A DNA stretch of 56,477 nt from positions 1 to 56,477 of the forward strand of contig CAXHJY010001425.1 of assembly GCA_964016885.1 (NCBI GenBank), read 5' to 3'. The translations under genes were made by a program, and so were the position numbers. Positions 49,372 through 56,477 of the stretch are shown piece by piece; position 1 is the stretch's first letter; every line of letters begins with the position of its first letter. This DNA comes from Eledone cirrhosa. Its lineage: Eukaryota. The notes beneath the pieces are model-generated. The model saw only the letters and a program-made list of their open reading frames with translations. It was not told the origin of the DNA and made no database searches.

Positions 49372-51169
49372 ATATCCAGTGCTTTTATCGAGAATGACAC
49401 AGCTAGAGACTTATAGAATACTTAGCTGTGTACAGGAACTGGTTTGAAAGAGCGGTTGCCGGTCCGGCAGAAATTAGAAATTGGAATAAATGCTCTGAAA
49501 TAGCGATATATATGTGAATATAGACATAGAATATTCGAAAATATTCTGTATGTTTATAATAAACATTTTGAAGACCTAATCGCTATAGAATAGAATACGT
49601 CACGTATTACAATTAGATTCTCGATAAAAGCAAGGGAAGTAATCTACGCGTTTCAATCTTGTTAGAAATCATCAGGACTACATATCCAGTGCTTTTATCG
49701 AGAATGACACAGCTAGAGACTTATAGAATACTTAGCTGTGTACAGGAACTGGTTTGAAAGAGCGGTTGCCGGTCCGGCAGAAATTAGAAATTGGAATAAA
49801 TGCTCTGAAATAGCGATATATATGTGAATATAGACATAGAATATTCGAAAATATTCTGTATGTTTATAATAAACATTTTGAAGACCTAATCGCTATAGAA
49901 TAGAATACGTCACGTATTACAATTAGATTCTCGATAAAAGCAAGGGAAGTAATCTACGCGTTTCAATCTTGTTAGAAATCATCAGGACTACATATCCAGT
50001 GCTTTTATCGAGAATGACACAGCTAGAGACTTATAGAATACTTAGCTGTGTACAGGAACTGGTTTGAAAGAGCGGTTGCCGGTCCGGCAGAAATTAGAAA
50101 TTGGAATAAATGCTCTGAAATAGCGATATATATGTGAATATAGACATAGAATATTCGAAAATATTCTGTATGTTTATAATAAACATTTTGAAGACCTAAT
50201 CGCTATAGAATAGAATACGTCACGTATTACAATTAGATTCTCGATAAAAGCAAGGGAAGTAATCTACGCGTTTCAATCTTGTTAGAAATCATCAGGACTA
50301 CATATCCAGTGCTTTTATCGAGAATGACACAGCTAGAGACTTATAGAATACATAGCTGTGTACAGGAACTGGTTTGAAAGAGCGGTTGCCGGTCCGGCAG
50401 AAATTAGAAATTGGAATAAATGCTCTGAAATAGCGATATATATGTGAATATAGACATAGAATATTCGAAAATATTCTGTATGTTTATAATAAACATTTGA
50501 AGACCTAATCGCTATAGAATAGAATACGTCACGTATTACAATTAGATTCTCGATAAAAGCAAGGGACGTAATCTACGCGTTTCAATCTTGTTAGAAATCA
50601 TCAGGACTACATATCCAGTGCTTTTATCGAGAATGACACAGCTAGAGACTTATAGAATACTTAGCTGTGTACAGGAACTGGTTGAAAGAGCGGTTGCCGG
50701 TCCGGCAGAAATTAGAAATTGGAATAAATGCTCTGAAATAGCGATATATATGTGAATATAGACATAGAATATTCGAAAATATTCTGTATGTTTATAATAA
50801 ACATTTTGAAGACCTAATCGCTATAGAATAGAATACGTCACGTATTACAATTAGATTCTCGATAAAAGCAAGGGAAGTAATCTACGCGTTTCAATCTTGT
50901 TAGAAATCATCAGGACTACATATCCAGTGCTTTTATCGAGACGTATTCTATTCTATAGCGATTAGGTCTTCAAAATGTTTATTATAAACATACAGAATAT
51001 TTTCGAATATTCTATGTCTATATTCACATATATATCGCTATTTCAGAGCATTTATTCCAATTTCTAATTTCTGCCGGACCGGCAACCGCTCTTTCAAACC
51101 AGTTCCTGTACACAGCTAAGTATTCTATAAGTCTCTAGCTGTGTCATTCTCGATAAAAGCACTGGATAT

Positions 51170-51212
51170 GTAGTCCTGATGATTTCTAACAAGATTGAAA
51201 CGCGTAGATTAC
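51170..51212 (+). ncRNA. Minimal type I hammerhead ribozyme (representative; further + copies start at ~51480, 51790, 52099, 52409, 52719, 53028)
   Basis: GUAGUC (stem I 5') - CUGAUGA - UUUCUAACAAGAUU (stem II) - GAA - ACGCGU (palindromic stem III) - A / GAUUAC (stem I 3'). Predicted cleavage after GUA at 51206. Stem I is extended by ATTCTCGATAAAAGCA (51146-51161) pairing with TGCTTTTATCGAGAAT (51219-51234). Confidence 0.9.
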
Positions 51213-53234
51213 TTCCCTTGCTTTTATCGAGAATCTAATTGTAATACGTGACGTATTCTATTCTATAGCGATTAGGTCTTCAAAATGTTTATTATAAACA
51301 TACAGAATATTTTCGAATATTCTATGTCTATATTCACATATATATCGCTATTTCAGAGCATTTATTCCAATTTCTAATTTCTGCCGGACCGGCAACCGCT
51401 CTTTCAAACCAGTTCCTGTACACAGCTAAGTATTCTATAAGTCTCTAGCTGTGTCATTCTCGATAAAAGCACTGGATATGTAGTCCTGATGATTTCTAAC
51501 AAGATTGAAACGCGTAGATTACTTCCCTTGCTTTTATCGAGAATCTAATTGTAATACGTGACGTATTCTATTCTATAGCGATTAGGTCTTCAAAATGTTT
51601 ATTATAAACATACAGAATATTTTCGAATATTCTATGTCTATATTCACATATATATCGCTATTTCAGAGCATTTATTCCAATTTCTAATTTCTGCCGGACC
51701 GGCAACCGCTCTTTCAAACCAGTTCCTGTACACAGCTAAGTATTCTATAAGTCTCTAGCTGTGTCATTCTCGATAAAAGCACTGGATATGTAGTCCTGAT
51801 GATTTCTAACAAGATTGAAACGCGTAGATTACTTCCCTTGCTTTTATCGAGAATCTAATTGTAATACGTGACGTATTCTATTCTATAGCGATTAGGTCTT
51901 CAAAATGTTTATTATAAACATACAGAATATTTTCGAATATTCTATGTCTATATTCACATATATATCGCTATTTCAGAGCATTTATTCCAATTTCTAATTT
52001 CTGCCGGACCGGCAACCGCTCTTTCAAACCAGTTCCTGTACACAGCTAAGTATTCTATAAGTCTCTAGCTGTGTCATTCTCGATAAAGCACTGGATATGT
52101 AGTCCTGATGATTTCTAACAAGATTGAAACGCGTAGATTACTTCCCTTGCTTTTATCGAGAATCTAATTGTAATACGTGACGTATTCTATTCTATAGCGA
52201 TTAGGTCTTCAAAATGTTTATTATAAACATACAGAATATTTTCGAATATTCTATGTCTATATTCACATATATATCGCTATTTCAGAGCATTTATTCCAAT
52301 TTCTAATTTCTGCCGGACCGGCAACCGCTCTTTCAAACCAGTTCCTGTACACAGCTAAGTATTCTATAAGTCTCTAGCTGTGTCATTCTCGATAAAAGCA
52401 CTGGATATGTAGTCCTGATGATTTCTAACAAGATTGAAACGCGTAGATTACTTCCCTTGCTTTTATCGAGAATCTAATTGTAATACGTGACGTATTATAT
52501 TCTATAGCGATTAGGTCTTCAAAATGTTTATTATAAACATACAGAATATTTTCGAATATTCTATGTCTATATTCACATATATATCGCTATTTCAGAGCAT
52601 TTATTCCAATTTCTAATTTCTGCCGGACCGGCAACCGCTCTTTCAAACCAGTTCCTGTACACAGCTAAGTATTCTATAAGTCTCTAGCTGTGTCATTCTC
52701 GATAAAAGCACTGGATATGTAGTCCTGATGATTTCTAACAAGATTGAAACGCGGTAGATTACTTCCCTTGCTTTTATCGAGAATCTAATTGTAATACGTG
52801 ACGTATTCTATTCTATAGCGATTAGGTCTTCAAAATGTTTATTATAAACATACAGAATATTTTCGAATATTCTATGTCTATATTCACATATATATCGCTA
52901 TTTCAGAGCATTTATTCCAATTTCTAATTCTGCGGACCGGCAACCGCTCTTTCAAACCAGTTCCTGTACACAGCTAAGTATTCTATAAGTCTCTAGCTGT
53001 GTCATTCTCGATAAAAGCACTGGATATGTAGTCCTGATGATTTCTAACAAGATTGAAACGCGTAGATTACTTCCTTGCTTTTATCGAGAATCTAATTGTA
53101 ATACGTGACGTATTCTATTCTATAGCGATTAGGTCTTCAAAATGTTTATTATAAACATACAGAATATTTTCGAATATTCTATGTCTATATTCACATATAT
53201 ATCGCTATTTCAGAGCATTTATTCCAATTTCTAA

Positions 53235-56477
<3,243 letters not shown>

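Overview
Very AT-rich eukaryotic, almost certainly animal, genomic DNA. The SINE, RTE and microsatellite landscape is typical of octopus/cephalopod genomes (inference). About half of the window is long, interrupted (TA)n/(TACA)n microsatellite, and nearly all long ORFs in the supplied track are translations of it. No intact host gene is supported. The non-microsatellite DNA is mostly transposon-derived: a mariner remnant, two Helitrons, tRNA-SINEs, two bipartite RTE elements, a CR1-type LINE 3' end and a Penelope-like element (PLE) with RT-thumb and GIY-YIG remnants. The main result is a hammerhead ribozyme (HHR) system. (1) A highly structured, non-coding 310-bp unit carries a minimal type I HHR. 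It occurs as a ~2.2-mer at 7.1-7.8 kb and as a ~13-copy array with a central inversion at 49.2-53.2 kb, which fits a non-LTR retrozyme that could make circRNA. (2) At least six asymmetric fold-back elements sit in (TA)n and carry full or partial HHR motifs, most followed by AATAAA or a close variant, resembling PLE pseudo-LTRs. (3) A decayed coding PLE with its own HHR is a candidate mobilising family. All structures were read by eye; no search or folding program was run.
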